41,371 nt of DNA from Kosmotogaceae bacterium (lineage in GTDB: Bacteria; Thermotogota; Thermotogae; Petrotogales; Kosmotogaceae): NCBI GenBank assembly GCA_049975465.1, contig JBNGCV010000001.1, forward strand, positions 139,532 to 180,902, in the 5' to 3' direction. Positions 8,967 to 18,559 of this stretch are shown here, piece by piece. Within the stretch, counting starts at the first letter, position 1; every line of letters starts with the position of its first letter. Both the position numbers and the translations under genes were made by a program. The notes below the pieces were generated by a model that was given only the letters and a program-made list of their open reading frames with translations, was not told the origin of the DNA and made no database searches.

Positions 8967-9453
8967 AGCATTCACGCTTATATTCATCATTGTAGCTATT
9001 GCATTCAGTGTGTTTTTCGCTACAAAAAATGATGTAGAGGTAGTCGTACCAGCCGATAGTTACTCGCTTAATGAAATCAGTTTTGGAGAAGAATATAAAG
9101 TAATGGATACTTTGGAGGACCCACCGGTAGATGTATCGCCATATAATGGTTTGTTACTTGAATCAGAGGAACTGGGTGCCAAAATACAAGTATACTACTG
9201 GAAAGCCAAAGCATTAGAAGAAGCCAAAAAAATCTGGAAAGATATCTGGTTGATATATGGAAATAATTTGGGAAACAAAGGTAAAATCGAAAAATCAAGA
9301 TACACATTTGGATATCTTGAACAATTCGAAACAACATTTTATTTTTGGCAAAAAAGTGTATGGACATTCTTCGTAAATATTGATAGATATTTAACCGATA
9401 AAGAAAAAGAAGATTTTTTGAAACACATAATTCCCGAAGAGTTCACTAAGTGA
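8938..9453 (+). CDS. Hypothetical N-terminally membrane-anchored protein (171 aa)
   Basis: N-terminal KKRAR followed by a hydrophobic helix (FTLIFIIVAIAFSVFF), then a W/Y/K-rich soluble domain. Overlaps the upstream ORF by 29 nt. Confidence 0.45.
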   Translation: MKMKKRARIEAFTLIFIIVAIAFSVFFATKNDVEVVVPADSYSLNEISFGEEYKVMDTLEDPPVDVSPYNGLLLESEELGAKIQVYYWKAKALEEAKKIWKDIWLIYGNNLGNKGKIEKSRYTFGYLEQFETTFYFWQKSVWTFFVNIDRYLTDKEKEDFLKHIIPEEFTK

Positions 9454-9898
9454 GATAGTTCGTTTGCCTTTCACTGAGGACTTCAATTCCGTTTTTTCTC
9501 AATAAAAAAGCTGTAACACCTATCCCAGGTACTACTATATCAGAAAATGTTCCATCGTAAACATATTCTATACCACACGAGGGGCTCTTGCTCTTCAAAA
9601 CCGCAACGGTGCAATCAAACAATCTTGCAATTTTGAGCGTTTCGGTTGCACCCTTTAAAAAAAAATCGGTGACATCTCGCTTTCTTGAATTAATTACTCT
9701 TCCATTACTTTTCCAGCCTTTACCACCGGATATTTCCGAGCGTGGTCGTGGTGTTCCCAATCCTCCAAGTTGTTCAGGACATACAGGGATCAAACAATAA
9801 TTATTAATAAGCTTCAAAGCTTCAATTGAAAGATTGTTATTACCTTTGTAAGTGCAGTTGATACCAAGCAAACAGGCACTGATGATTATGTTTTTCAC
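9446..9898 (-). CDS. DUF523 (TudS-like, putative [4Fe-4S] thiouracil desulfurase family) protein
   Basis: N-terminal IIISACLLGINCTYKGNNN and conserved Cys at CPEQ and SPSCG, typical of DUF523. Confidence 0.65.
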   Translation of the reverse strand: MKNIIISACLLGINCTYKGNNNLSIEALKLINNYCLIPVCPEQLGGLGTPRPRSEISGGKGWKSNGRVINSRKRDVTDFFLKGATETLKIARLFDCTVAVLKSKSPSCGIEYVYDGTFSDIVVPGIGVTAFLLRKNGIEVLSERQTNYLT

Positions 9899-10761
9899 TT
9901 GCCACCTGTGCTGGTATTATCTTCATCATAACCCTTAATAACGTACATAAGATCTAGAGCTGGTAATTCGGAAAGCGGATTAACACTTCTTAAGTCGTTG
10001 TTTCTGATTTCGAAGTGTAAATGTGGTCCTGTAGAAAAACCCGTTGTCCCCACCCTACCTATAAAAGAACCCATTTCTACCGGTTGACCTTCATAAACGC
10101 TTATATGACTCATATGAGCATATTTTGTAATGATGCCGTCATCGTGCTTTATTTCAACCATATATCCATAACCACCATTAAGACCCGTAAAAATCACCTC
10201 ACCAGCTTCGGCTGCAAAAATTGGTGCGCCTTCGCTCACAGCAATATCCAGTCCAGAATGAAAAGACTCCTGATTGGTTATAGGATGAATACGCCAACCA
10301 TAATGAGAACTAATGATGCCATAAACAGGCCATCTAAATCTCACCTGTACAGGTATATACTGGTACTTGTTTATGATGCTGAAAGGTATAAAAATCCTCT
10401 GGCCGGGGACAATGATATCATCGTATTCCATGTTATTTGCATTCAACACATCTCTTGTTGAAGTAAAAAACATTTTTGCTATGTAATTTATGGTGTCATG
10501 CTTTTTTACTTCATAAAGTAATCCATCTGGCTGAGGAAGAACAATACGTTCACCAACCTGTATTCTTCTGGGATCAACGATATTATTGAAATCTAGCAAT
10601 GTAGAAATCCCCACATTATATTTTCTAGAGATATCATACAATGTGTCACCAGGCTGAACAACATGAGTTTGCAATATATAACCCATGCATGAAACGACTA
10701 TAGCGGTTGTTAAAACAACTATCAAAATAAATGACTTCAACGTTTTGCACCTCCAAGCCAA
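9895..10761 (-). CDS. LysM-domain M23 family peptidase
   Basis: Two LysM-like segments (VVQPGDTLYDISRKYNVGISTLLDFN; KKHDTINYIAKMFFTSTRDVLNANN). M23 motifs HSGLDIAV and GPHLHFEIR. N-terminal signal/anchor. Confidence 0.85.
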   Translation of the reverse strand: MAWRCKTLKSFILIVVLTTAIVVSCMGYILQTHVVQPGDTLYDISRKYNVGISTLLDFNNIVDPRRIQVGERIVLPQPDGLLYEVKKHDTINYIAKMFFTSTRDVLNANNMEYDDIIVPGQRIFIPFSIINKYQYIPVQVRFRWPVYGIISSHYGWRIHPITNQESFHSGLDIAVSEGAPIFAAEAGEVIFTGLNGGYGYMVEIKHDDGIITKYAHMSHISVYEGQPVEMGSFIGRVGTTGFSTGPHLHFEIRNNDLRSVNPLSELPALDLMYVIKGYDEDNTSTGGK

Positions 10762-11171
10762 CCCAAAAAAACAAATAAAGTACTAAATATTATACCAAAT
10801 GGTACAGTAAAAACTGGCATCAATCCAAATAACTCATAACCAAAAACGATACAGCCTATCATAATAGCGGCAAAACTACCAAGTAATACAATTCCCGCAG
10901 CGATATCTTTGACTATCTTAACATCATGGTTTACCTTTTTCTCCATTAAATCCATCAATCTTTCAACTACTGTGTTTACCCCTTCAAGAATAATTACTAA
11001 CATATCGCTTAATATTATCCACAAAAGACTGGTAATTTCCATCTGGATAATTATAGAAAACAATATTATAAGTATTCCAATTATACATTGTATTCTAAAA
11101 TTTCTTTCTGTTTTAAAAAGTAATTTAATACCGTTCGTGGCAAAACTAAGGCTCTGATGAAATTTCCTCAT
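10737..11171 (-). CDS. dgkA: Diacylglycerol/undecaprenol kinase (DgkA family)
   Basis: Three-TM small protein containing EGVNTVVERLMD...VKIVKDIAAGIVLL, typical of prokaryotic DAGK. Its start overlaps the korC stop (ATGA). Confidence 0.75.
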   Translation of the reverse strand: MRKFHQSLSFATNGIKLLFKTERNFRIQCIIGILIILFSIIIQMEITSLLWIILSDMLVIILEGVNTVVERLMDLMEKKVNHDVKIVKDIAAGIVLLGSFAAIMIGCIVFGYELFGLMPVFTVPFGIIFSTLFVFLGWLGGAKR

Positions 11172-11776
11172 TCAAAACCTCTTCCAACAAATTCATGTCT
11201 CTCTTCGTCTTTTAAATTGAATGTTCTTTCTATTAACGAGTATCCAAAATCAAGTGCTTTTTCGTTTAACTCATAATAACTCTCTTTAACGTGTTTTCTC
11301 ATTGCTTTCTTCAAGTTGCTTACACTTACAATCTTGGAAGCTCTACTGATCAATCCCAGTCCAACCATGTTTGCTGGCACGCTGCTTTTGAATTTTTCTT
11401 GCGTCATTCTTGTAATTGGTTTAGCAATAATTCTTCTTGTCGTTCTTTGTGCTTCCTTTGGTATATTGTTTACGTAGGTACTATCAACAATAAGTACACC
11501 GTTAGTTTTTATTAGTGCTGCATGACTGTAAACAGCTGTTTGGTGCATTGAATATATAATGTCAAAATCTTGAGCCATTGGATAATCAATTCTATTTTTA
11601 CAAAAAATCACATCACAGTATGAAAGCCCACCTCGTACCTGAGCACCATAAGACTGGGTTTGAACTACCCAAAAACCTTCATTAACGAGTGCTTCGGTCA
11701 AAATGATTCCCATCAGGACATTTCCCTGTCCACCTATTCCAGAAACTCTAATTGAGTGAGGTAATTTTAAGTCCAT
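11168..11776 (-). CDS. korC: 2-oxoacid:ferredoxin oxidoreductase gamma subunit
   Basis: IRVSGIGGQGNVLMGIILTEA...QSYGAQVRGG, the hallmark of the POR/KOR gamma subunit. Confidence 0.85.
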   Translation of the reverse strand: MDLKLPHSIRVSGIGGQGNVLMGIILTEALVNEGFWVVQTQSYGAQVRGGLSYCDVIFCKNRIDYPMAQDFDIIYSMHQTAVYSHAALIKTNGVLIVDSTYVNNIPKEAQRTTRRIIAKPITRMTQEKFKSSVPANMVGLGLISRASKIVSVSNLKKAMRKHVKESYYELNEKALDFGYSLIERTFNLKDEERHEFVGRGFE

Positions 11777-11782
11777 TTTATT

Positions 11783-12607
11783 TCACTCCCCGACTGATGT
11801 AAATCTATTTTTAAGTTTTTGATATTTATCGTTATAGGTTGGTTTAGAAACATTAATAAACTCTCCTGTAACCATTTTCTTTTCAAGCTCTTCCTCTGAC
11901 ATATCCTTAGCTTTTTTCATACTAACTACATTTTCCTTGAAATACTCAAGCATTTGAGCGGGTTCTGGCATATTGTTGTACCTGCCAAAATAAGTGTGAC
12001 AATTTGTTGCAACATCTATTATTGAAGCTCCTTTGTGTTTTATTCCCTTCTGTATGAAATTAACCATCTGGGTATAGTGATAGACGGTGCTTCTTGCTAC
12101 ATACGTAGCTCCTGAGGACAGCGCTAGTTTAACTACATCGAAGGGACTTTCCATATTTCCGTAGGGTGCAGTTGACGCAATCATTTCTTCAAAGGTAGTT
12201 GGTGAATATTGACCTCCTGTCATCCCATAAATATAATTATTGAAAACTATTATTGTAATGTCCATGTTTCTTCTACAGGCGTGAATAAAATGATTTCCAC
12301 CTATTGCTAGAAGATCTCCATCCCCACCCATAACTACAACCTTAAACTCAGGTCTCGCCAGTTTTACACCCGACGCAAAAGCTATGGCTCTGCCATGTAA
12401 TGTATGCATAGTGCTGAAATTTAGATAACCAGTTACCCTCGATGAACAACCTATTCCAGAAACAACAGCAACTCTACTCGGATCAAGTTCTTCCCTATCA
12501 ACAGCGTCAATAAAAGCTTTCATTATAGTACCGTTACCGCAACCAGGACACCAAACATGGGGCATCCTGCCCTGTCGAAGATACTTTGTTAACCTTGTTA
12601 TAGACAT
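11783..12607 (-). CDS. korB: 2-oxoacid:ferredoxin oxidoreductase beta subunit (TPP-binding)
   Basis: WCPGCGNG...GGDGDLLAIGGNHFIHACRRNMDITIIVFNNYIYGMTGGQ, a TPP-binding fold. Confidence 0.85.
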   Translation of the reverse strand: MSITRLTKYLRQGRMPHVWCPGCGNGTIMKAFIDAVDREELDPSRVAVVSGIGCSSRVTGYLNFSTMHTLHGRAIAFASGVKLARPEFKVVVMGGDGDLLAIGGNHFIHACRRNMDITIIVFNNYIYGMTGGQYSPTTFEEMIASTAPYGNMESPFDVVKLALSSGATYVARSTVYHYTQMVNFIQKGIKHKGASIIDVATNCHTYFGRYNNMPEPAQMLEYFKENVVSMKKAKDMSEEELEKKMVTGEFINVSKPTYNDKYQKLKNRFTSVGE

Positions 12608-12608
12608 A

Positions 12609-13118
12609 CTAACCTCCTGTATTCTTATATAATTCCATTTTTACTCCCGTTTTTTCAAACAGAAATTCTGTGAGTGGATCAGGATACTCTTCACCATAAA
12701 CAACTCTTATTATTCCAGCATTTATTAGTATACGTGCACAAATAGAACATGGTTCATGAGTGATGTAAATCGTTGAATCTCTAGTAGATATACCGAATTT
12801 TGAGGCTTGTGCGATGGCATTTTGTTCAGCATGAGCTGCATAACAAATCTCCTGGCTTTCTCCTGATGTTATTTCAAGCGCATCTCTGATACATTCTGTT
12901 TCATCACAATGAGGAAATCCTGAAGGAGGTTGATTGTACCCAGTGCAAAGAATGCGATTTTCTTTTACCACTACTGCTCCAACCTTACGATGTATACAAC
13001 TGGAACGTTCCTTAATGATATGTGCTAACTTCATAAAATAATCATCCCAGTCAAGTGATGAACTACTTTTTTTGTAGGAAAAATTCTTCAAAAAATCGCT
13101 TATGGCTTCTTTTCTCAC
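12609..13118 (-). CDS. dCMP/cytidine deaminase family zinc enzyme (ComEB-like)
   Basis: HAEQNAI...HEPCSICARILINAGI zinc-binding motifs. Confidence 0.8.
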   Translation of the reverse strand: MRKEAISDFLKNFSYKKSSSSLDWDDYFMKLAHIIKERSSCIHRKVGAVVVKENRILCTGYNQPPSGFPHCDETECIRDALEITSGESQEICYAAHAEQNAIAQASKFGISTRDSTIYITHEPCSICARILINAGIIRVVYGEEYPDPLTEFLFEKTGVKMELYKNTGG

Positions 13119-13119
13119 G

Positions 13120-13581
13120 TCATTCAGTAAACTCCTTTAGAGTTGCTACATGGCTTTTTTCCTCGCTTATTATTTTCCTTACCGCTTCTTTTATATCTCT
13201 ATCATCGATCAGCTCGATAATTTCATAATAAAAAATGATGCTATCTTTTTCCCTGTCCAAAGCATATTCAATTATCTCCTTTGGGGTACTATCTTTGAAC
13301 TTTTCTAAAAGCGCTTTTGCATCCGGGAATACTTTATGAGAGCTCATTGCTTTAAGATATTCCGTGGCTTCATCCCAGTTTACAAGTTCTTTAGATTCCT
13401 CGTCAAAATGTTTAAGAAGCGATTTGAAGGTTTCTATATGCTTCTGTTCCTGATTAGCCAAGTAATCAAAGGTATTTTTCGCAGTTGGATCTTCTATGTT
13501 CTTTGAAGTTTCTCTGTAGAATTTCTCCCCTTCTACTTCAATATTTACAGCTATCTCAAGTACTTCATGTCCTGAAAACAT
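13120..13581 (-). CDS. Ferritin-like / rubrerythrin-family four-helix-bundle protein
   Basis: Repeated E..H / E..E motifs on predicted helices (EVEGEKFYRE, NQEQKHIETFK, ALDREKDSIIFYYE, ISEEKSHVATLKE). RBS AGGGAGGAG. Confidence 0.5.
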   Translation of the reverse strand: MFSGHEVLEIAVNIEVEGEKFYRETSKNIEDPTAKNTFDYLANQEQKHIETFKSLLKHFDEESKELVNWDEATEYLKAMSSHKVFPDAKALLEKFKDSTPKEIIEYALDREKDSIIFYYEIIELIDDRDIKEAVRKIISEEKSHVATLKEFTE

Positions 13582-14758
13582 TGTTCATCTCCTCCCTTGT
13601 TAAAATTATACTTTCTAATACATTTCGTGACAAATCAAATCCTTTATTTGTTAATTTAATCCTTTTATGTCTGAATTCTAAGAGTCCTCCGTTTTTTTCT
13701 AGCAATCTTTCTACAAACGCGTTAATTTCATCACAATCAGTAAAATCAGCTATTTCAATACCTCTATGCAATCTCAATCCCATGAATATTTTCTCGATAA
13801 ACTCTTCAAAAAAAGAGTTCTCATTGCTAAATTTGTAAGGAAAACGACTATTGTCTAAATTCTTTTTATATTTACTCAGCTCAACATGATTAACATATCT
13901 CAAATTCTTTATATGCCCTCCCGCTGAAATACCACAACCTATATAATTGCCGTTATGCCAATAATTAAGATTGTGGAGACATTCTTTATTCTTCAAAGAC
14001 CACGAAGAAATTTCATAACGACTATAACCCATTTTTTTCATTTCCGACAATATATAATCATGCCACTTTTCGCAAAGGTCATCATCAGGCAACTTAATAA
14101 TAGCATTGTTGTACTTTCTCATCAAAGGCGTTTCATGATCTTTATCTAAAAAGTAATAGGAAACATGATCCGGTTTAATTCTTTTAACTAGCTGAACGTT
14201 ATTCTCAACGGATTTCCAGGATTCACCGGGCAAACCCAAAATAAAATCCAAATTTATATTGTCAAAAATTTCCCTTGCTACACGTAGCCTTTTTTCGTTA
14301 TCGTCCGGAAATTCTCTACCAACATTATTAAGGATATTTTTATCCGTTGACTGCACTCCAATACTCAATCTGGTAATTCCGATCTTTCTCCAGTGTTCAA
14401 GATTATTTTCTGTCAACTCCCATGGATTTGATTCAAGAGTGACTTCTACGGGCTCAAAGTTATTAGCTCTCACATTTTCAATCAGTTCTTTAATGTACTC
14501 AAATGGAAATAACGATGGTGAACCTCCACCAAAATATATCGTAACTCGTTTTTCAACAATATAACTCAAAATATTTCTATACAGTTCGAACTCCTTTAGA
14601 AGACGGGCTTTATACTCTCTCAGACAGGATTTTTCATATTTAACCGTAGTAAAATCGCAATAATCACACTTTCTTTTGCAAAACGGTATATGAAAATATA
14701 TCCCCAACAATTCTACTTTTTCAGTAGTACGCATTTCTTTCATATAGTCTTTAATCAT
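13565..14758 (-). CDS. hemW: Radical SAM HemW/HemN-like protein (heme chaperone / coproporphyrinogen oxidase-like)
   Basis: CKRKCDYCDF radical-SAM triad near the N-terminus plus a HemN C-terminal-like region. Start ambiguous (ATGs at 14791, 14758, 14743, 14734); chosen so as not to overlap the upstream gene. Confidence 0.75.
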   Translation of the reverse strand: MIKDYMKEMRTTEKVELLGIYFHIPFCKRKCDYCDFTTVKYEKSCLREYKARLLKEFELYRNILSYIVEKRVTIYFGGGSPSLFPFEYIKELIENVRANNFEPVEVTLESNPWELTENNLEHWRKIGITRLSIGVQSTDKNILNNVGREFPDDNEKRLRVAREIFDNINLDFILGLPGESWKSVENNVQLVKRIKPDHVSYYFLDKDHETPLMRKYNNAIIKLPDDDLCEKWHDYILSEMKKMGYSRYEISSWSLKNKECLHNLNYWHNGNYIGCGISAGGHIKNLRYVNHVELSKYKKNLDNSRFPYKFSNENSFFEEFIEKIFMGLRLHRGIEIADFTDCDEINAFVERLLEKNGGLLEFRHKRIKLTNKGFDLSRNVLESIILTREEMNNVFRT

Positions 14759-14765
14759 AAAAAAA

Positions 14766-15602
14766 TTAGAAAGAGAGCTTAATGAAGGCATTCAGATCAG
14801 ATAGATCAGATGATTCCACACCAAATAGTATTTCATCTTTGTTGCCCAGTGACCATCCTGAAATTTGAAATCCAACGCCTCTTAAACTGGCTGCCAAATA
14901 CGCTGATATAACAATATTTGAAGGTTTAAATTTCACTAAGTGAATTACATTAGCACACAAACCTATCTCTAAGGGTTCATATCCTATTGATAGACCCGGT
15001 CCATAGCCAAATTCACCCAGCGAACCTTCACTTTTCAAATCTATGCTTGCAAGAATTAAGCTATTTGACGCTTTTAAACGGACAACCTTATTCCATGACT
15101 TGATCTTGCTGTAAGCAGAATATTCTCTAAATGCGTATTCTGTTGATGAAAGGTTGACGATATTACCGCCCAGGGTTATCTCGCCAAGTCCTATTCGAAA
15201 TTGAGATTTATTTAGCATTCTGTATTCAGCCATTGTAGTAATTAGGATTTCGTTATTTGTATGATAATAAAAAGGAAGCTGATATGACGTAGAAACGTAT
15301 CTTGCAAATAATATACCTTTATCATTTCCCATGGATGCGCTTAGAAGAAAGGAACCATCTCTCTGCTTCATCTTTATAAATCCTTCAGAAAATTCTGCCC
15401 AGGAATCGTATAACACCAATCCAAGATATGGTTGCCCTTTATTCAAACTCATCTCAATGCCAATCTGCTCGGTGAATGGTATTCTGAAATTCACCGACCA
15501 ATTATCTGTGGTGTAGTACATTAAATCAGTCACAGGCATCGAAAACGCATATGTCACCGCAATCAAGATTATTACAATAAGAATAAAATTATTCTTCTTC
15601 AC
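14766..15602 (-). CDS. Hypothetical secreted / outer-membrane (toga) beta-barrel-like protein
   Basis: A GTG start at 15602, 10 nt after GGAGG, gives a classic signal peptide [21 protein letters not shown]. The protein is beta-rich and ends AFIKLSF (hydrophobic at -1, -3, -5, -7, an OMP beta-signal-like pattern). The ATG at 15629 in the ORF track is probably too far upstream. Confidence 0.5.
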   Translation of the reverse strand: MKKNNFILIVIILIAVTYAFSMPVTDLMYYTTDNWSVNFRIPFTEQIGIEMSLNKGQPYLGLVLYDSWAEFSEGFIKMKQRDGSFLLSASMGNDKGILFARYVSTSYQLPFYYHTNNEILITTMAEYRMLNKSQFRIGLGEITLGGNIVNLSSTEYAFREYSAYSKIKSWNKVVRLKASNSLILASIDLKSEGSLGEFGYGPGLSIGYEPLEIGLCANVIHLVKFKPSNIVISAYLAASLRGVGFQISGWSLGNKDEILFGVESSDLSDLNAFIKLSF

Positions 15603-17040
15603 TTTCCAGAAGCCTCCTCGCAATTTCATTAACCAGCTCAGGATTTGCTTTTCCTTTTGTCTTTTTCATTACCGCTCCGATGAAATAACCTAGTACCCCT
15701 TTTTTCCCTTCTCTATATTGTCTTACAGCCTTTTCATTTTCCTTCATGGCTTCCTTGATAGTTTTTTCTATGACTTCTTCATCGTTTATCTGCTCAAGCC
15801 CTTTTTCACTGACTATTGTCGAAGGCATTTTTCCAGAACGTAACGATCTGGAGAAAACATCTTTGGCTATTTTTTGTGATATCTTACCTGAATCCATAAG
15901 GTCAAAGAGCTCTTTGAAGTGGTCGGGACCAAATGCAAGATCCTCGATATCTTTATCCAATTCCTTTATTTCTCTGAGATACTCGGTCATGATCCAGTTT
16001 GATGTTTCCTTCGGCTTATCTGTTTTCTTGACCACAGCTTCAAAAAAATCAGCCAGCGCTCGTCCCTTCGCAAGCACACCAGCATCATACTCAGGAAGTC
16101 CATACTCATCAATGAACCTCTTCTCCTTCTCCCAGGGTAATTCTGGTAAATGCTTTTTTAATTCTTCAATAAAAGGCTTCTCGATTTCTAAAGGCAACAG
16201 ATCAGGTTCAGGAAAGTACCTGTAATCGTTTTCTTCTTCTTTTGAACGCATCGATATTGTTGTTTTTGTTGAAAAATCCCATGTCCGGGTTTCATGAGGT
16301 ATGTTTTCCCCTTTGTCTAGAACACTGGATATCCTATCTTTTTCATATTCAAGCGCCTTCTCTACAAATTTAAACGAATTCATATTTTTTACTTCAACTA
16401 CATTTGAAGTGCTTTTCCCATCGTCTGAAAATATAGATATGTTGGCATCACATCTTAAAGCGCCTTTTTCCATATCTCCGGAACATATTTCAAGATATCT
16501 CAGAATATCTCTCAAGATCTCAATGAACTTCCGTGCAGTGGACGGTGACTCAATATCCGGTTCAGTTACTATCTCAATAAGTGGCACACCACATCTATTA
16601 AGATCAACAAGACTGGTTGACGCTCCTGAAATAGATGAAGATCCTTGATAAATGAGTTTTCCAGCATCCTCTTCAATATGTATCCTTCTAATTCTTATCT
16701 TTTTTTTGTTATCATCATCAATTATGATATATCCATTTTCAGCTATCGGTGTAAAATACTGTGTTATTTGATATCCTTTAGGTAAATCAGGATAAAAATA
16801 ATTCTTTCTATCGAAACTTGAACGTAAATTAATTTCACAATTAAGAGCAAGTGCGGCTTTTAATGCGTACTCTACAACTTTCTCGTTTAATACTGGTAGC
16901 GCTCCTGGTTGACCTGTGCAAACCGGGCAAATAGCTGTGTTTGGTTCTAATTCAAAAACATCTGCCGGACAGCTACAAAATGCTTTTGTTTTTGTCGATA
17001 ACTGTGCATGAATCTCCAGTCCGATTTTAGTTCTATACAT
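15589..17040 (-). CDS. gatB: Asp/Glu-tRNA amidotransferase subunit B
   Basis: [14 protein letters not shown]...FCSC and the GatB/YqeY C-terminal domain. ATG 17040 overlaps the gatA stop. Confidence 0.95.
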   Translation of the reverse strand: MYRTKIGLEIHAQLSTKTKAFCSCPADVFELEPNTAICPVCTGQPGALPVLNEKVVEYALKAALALNCEINLRSSFDRKNYFYPDLPKGYQITQYFTPIAENGYIIIDDDNKKKIRIRRIHIEEDAGKLIYQGSSSISGASTSLVDLNRCGVPLIEIVTEPDIESPSTARKFIEILRDILRYLEICSGDMEKGALRCDANISIFSDDGKSTSNVVEVKNMNSFKFVEKALEYEKDRISSVLDKGENIPHETRTWDFSTKTTISMRSKEEENDYRYFPEPDLLPLEIEKPFIEELKKHLPELPWEKEKRFIDEYGLPEYDAGVLAKGRALADFFEAVVKKTDKPKETSNWIMTEYLREIKELDKDIEDLAFGPDHFKELFDLMDSGKISQKIAKDVFSRSLRSGKMPSTIVSEKGLEQINDEEVIEKTIKEAMKENEKAVRQYREGKKGVLGYFIGAVMKKTKGKANPELVNEIARRLLESEEE

Positions 17041-17041
17041 A

Positions 17042-18457
17042 TTATTCACTCCATTCACCTTTTAACGAACATTTCCCATTATTGTAGGCAGGGGAGATTT
17101 TTTCAAATGCTCTTGCCACTTTTAATAGAGAAACATCTGTAAATCTTTTGCCCATAATGTGTAAACCTACTGGTAAACTACTTTTGTTAGTTATTGGAAT
17201 TGAAATTGCAGGAGATCCTGTAAGATTTGCAGTTATGGTATACAAATCCATAAGATAATACGTTAACGGATCGCGTATCTCACCAAGTTTTGGGGCAACC
17301 ACCGGAGAAGTTGGATTTATTATATAATCATATTTTTCAAGAATATTAGCAATTTCCTGCGTCAATTTTCTCCTTACCTTAAGGGCTCTGTTGTAATAAG
17401 CTTCATAATAACCAGCACTAAGAGTAAAAGTACCAAGTAGTATTCTCCGCTTTACCTCAGACCCGAAGCCTTTATCTCTGCTTTCTTTTATTATTTCACT
17501 TACATCTTTCCCGGATTGTCTATTTCCGTATTTAATACCGTCATATCGTGACAAATTCGAGCTTGCCTCTCCAGGAGCAATCAAATAATATGTCGCTACA
17601 ACATAATCAATCAAAGGAATGCTAACAAATTCTACACTGGCACCTTTATTTTTAAGATTTTCAACTATTTCGAGAAAATCATTTTTTATATCATCTTCGA
17701 GGTGAGGTGCATTCATGAACTCCTCGGGGACACAAAAACTGTAATCGCCGAGTTCTAGCCCATCAATTAATTCTGGGTATCCTCTGTCTATCTTAACAGT
17801 AGTTGAATCCAGCAAATCTTTGCTGGAGATCAATTTGAAGATTTCAAAAGCATCATCAACACATCTTGTAATGGGACCTATTTGATCCATAGATGAAGAA
17901 AAAGCGACCAGGCCATATCTGGATACAAGTCCGTACGTAGGTTTAAAACCTACTACACCGCACAAACTGGCTGGTTGTCGTACAGAACCTCCAGTGTCAC
18001 TACCAAGAGCAAAAGGTGCCATGCCTGATGCAACTGCAGCTGCACTTCCACCACTGCTCCCACCTGTCATTCTCCCTATATCCCATGGATTTTTCGTAGG
18101 CCCAAACACTGAAAATTCTGTTGAAGAACCCATAGCGAATTCATCAAGATTGGTCTTGCCAAGTATGGTGAAATTATGCTTCCTTAATTTTTTAACAACA
18201 GTGGCATCATAAGGCGAGTAGTAACCTTCAAGAATTTTACTTGCGCAAGTAGTTTTCATTCCTTTAACATTAATATTGTCCTTGACAGCAACTGGTATAC
18301 CAAAATTGTCTGTATCTTCGTTAACACTGACAAAGGCATTAAGTTTGCTGTTATATTCCTTAATCCTTTTCAAATAAAAGTTGTAAACACCTTTTTGTTC
18401 CTTTGGGTCTAGTTCACTGATTCCCTTAACGCCTAAATTTATATAATCACGATTCAC
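17042..18457 (-). CDS. gatA: Glutamyl-tRNA(Gln) amidotransferase subunit A
   Basis: Amidase signature [14 protein letters not shown]...[15 protein letters not shown] start with RBS GGAGGTGA. Confidence 0.95.
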   Translation of the reverse strand: MNRDYINLGVKGISELDPKEQKGVYNFYLKRIKEYNSKLNAFVSVNEDTDNFGIPVAVKDNINVKGMKTTCASKILEGYYSPYDATVVKKLRKHNFTILGKTNLDEFAMGSSTEFSVFGPTKNPWDIGRMTGGSSGGSAAAVASGMAPFALGSDTGGSVRQPASLCGVVGFKPTYGLVSRYGLVAFSSSMDQIGPITRCVDDAFEIFKLISSKDLLDSTTVKIDRGYPELIDGLELGDYSFCVPEEFMNAPHLEDDIKNDFLEIVENLKNKGASVEFVSIPLIDYVVATYYLIAPGEASSNLSRYDGIKYGNRQSGKDVSEIIKESRDKGFGSEVKRRILLGTFTLSAGYYEAYYNRALKVRRKLTQEIANILEKYDYIINPTSPVVAPKLGEIRDPLTYYLMDLYTITANLTGSPAISIPITNKSSLPVGLHIMGKRFTDVSLLKVARAFEKISPAYNNGKCSLKGEWSE

Positions 18458-18535
18458 AAACTCACCTCCATCTTCCTTTATATTATTCTAACACTAGCAC
18501 CAAAAATGGTTCTTTACATCAATGTTTATTATCAC

Positions 18536-18543
18536 TGTATAAT
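18536..18543 (+). promoter_or_regulatory. Candidate -10 element (TG-TATAAT) for prmA
   Basis: CTGTATAAT lies about 17 nt upstream of RBS AGGTGAG and ATG 18560; no clear -35. Confidence 0.3.
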
Positions 18544-18559
18544 ATATGCAGGTGAGTCT

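Noticed and set aside
15746-16648. Plus-strand ORFs of 159 and 115 aa antisense to gatB. The same applies to many other antisense ORFs, including 6090-6281, 10021-10461, 26984-27553, 27793-28188, 31850-32338, 35155-35517 and 38982-39485.
   Set aside because: They are low-complexity Ser/Leu/Phe-rich translations lying wholly inside well-supported genes on the opposite strand.
17042-18505. Expected gatC next to gatA
   Set aside because: No small GatC-like ORF is present on either side of gatAB in this window. It is presumably encoded elsewhere, so it is not a finding in itself.
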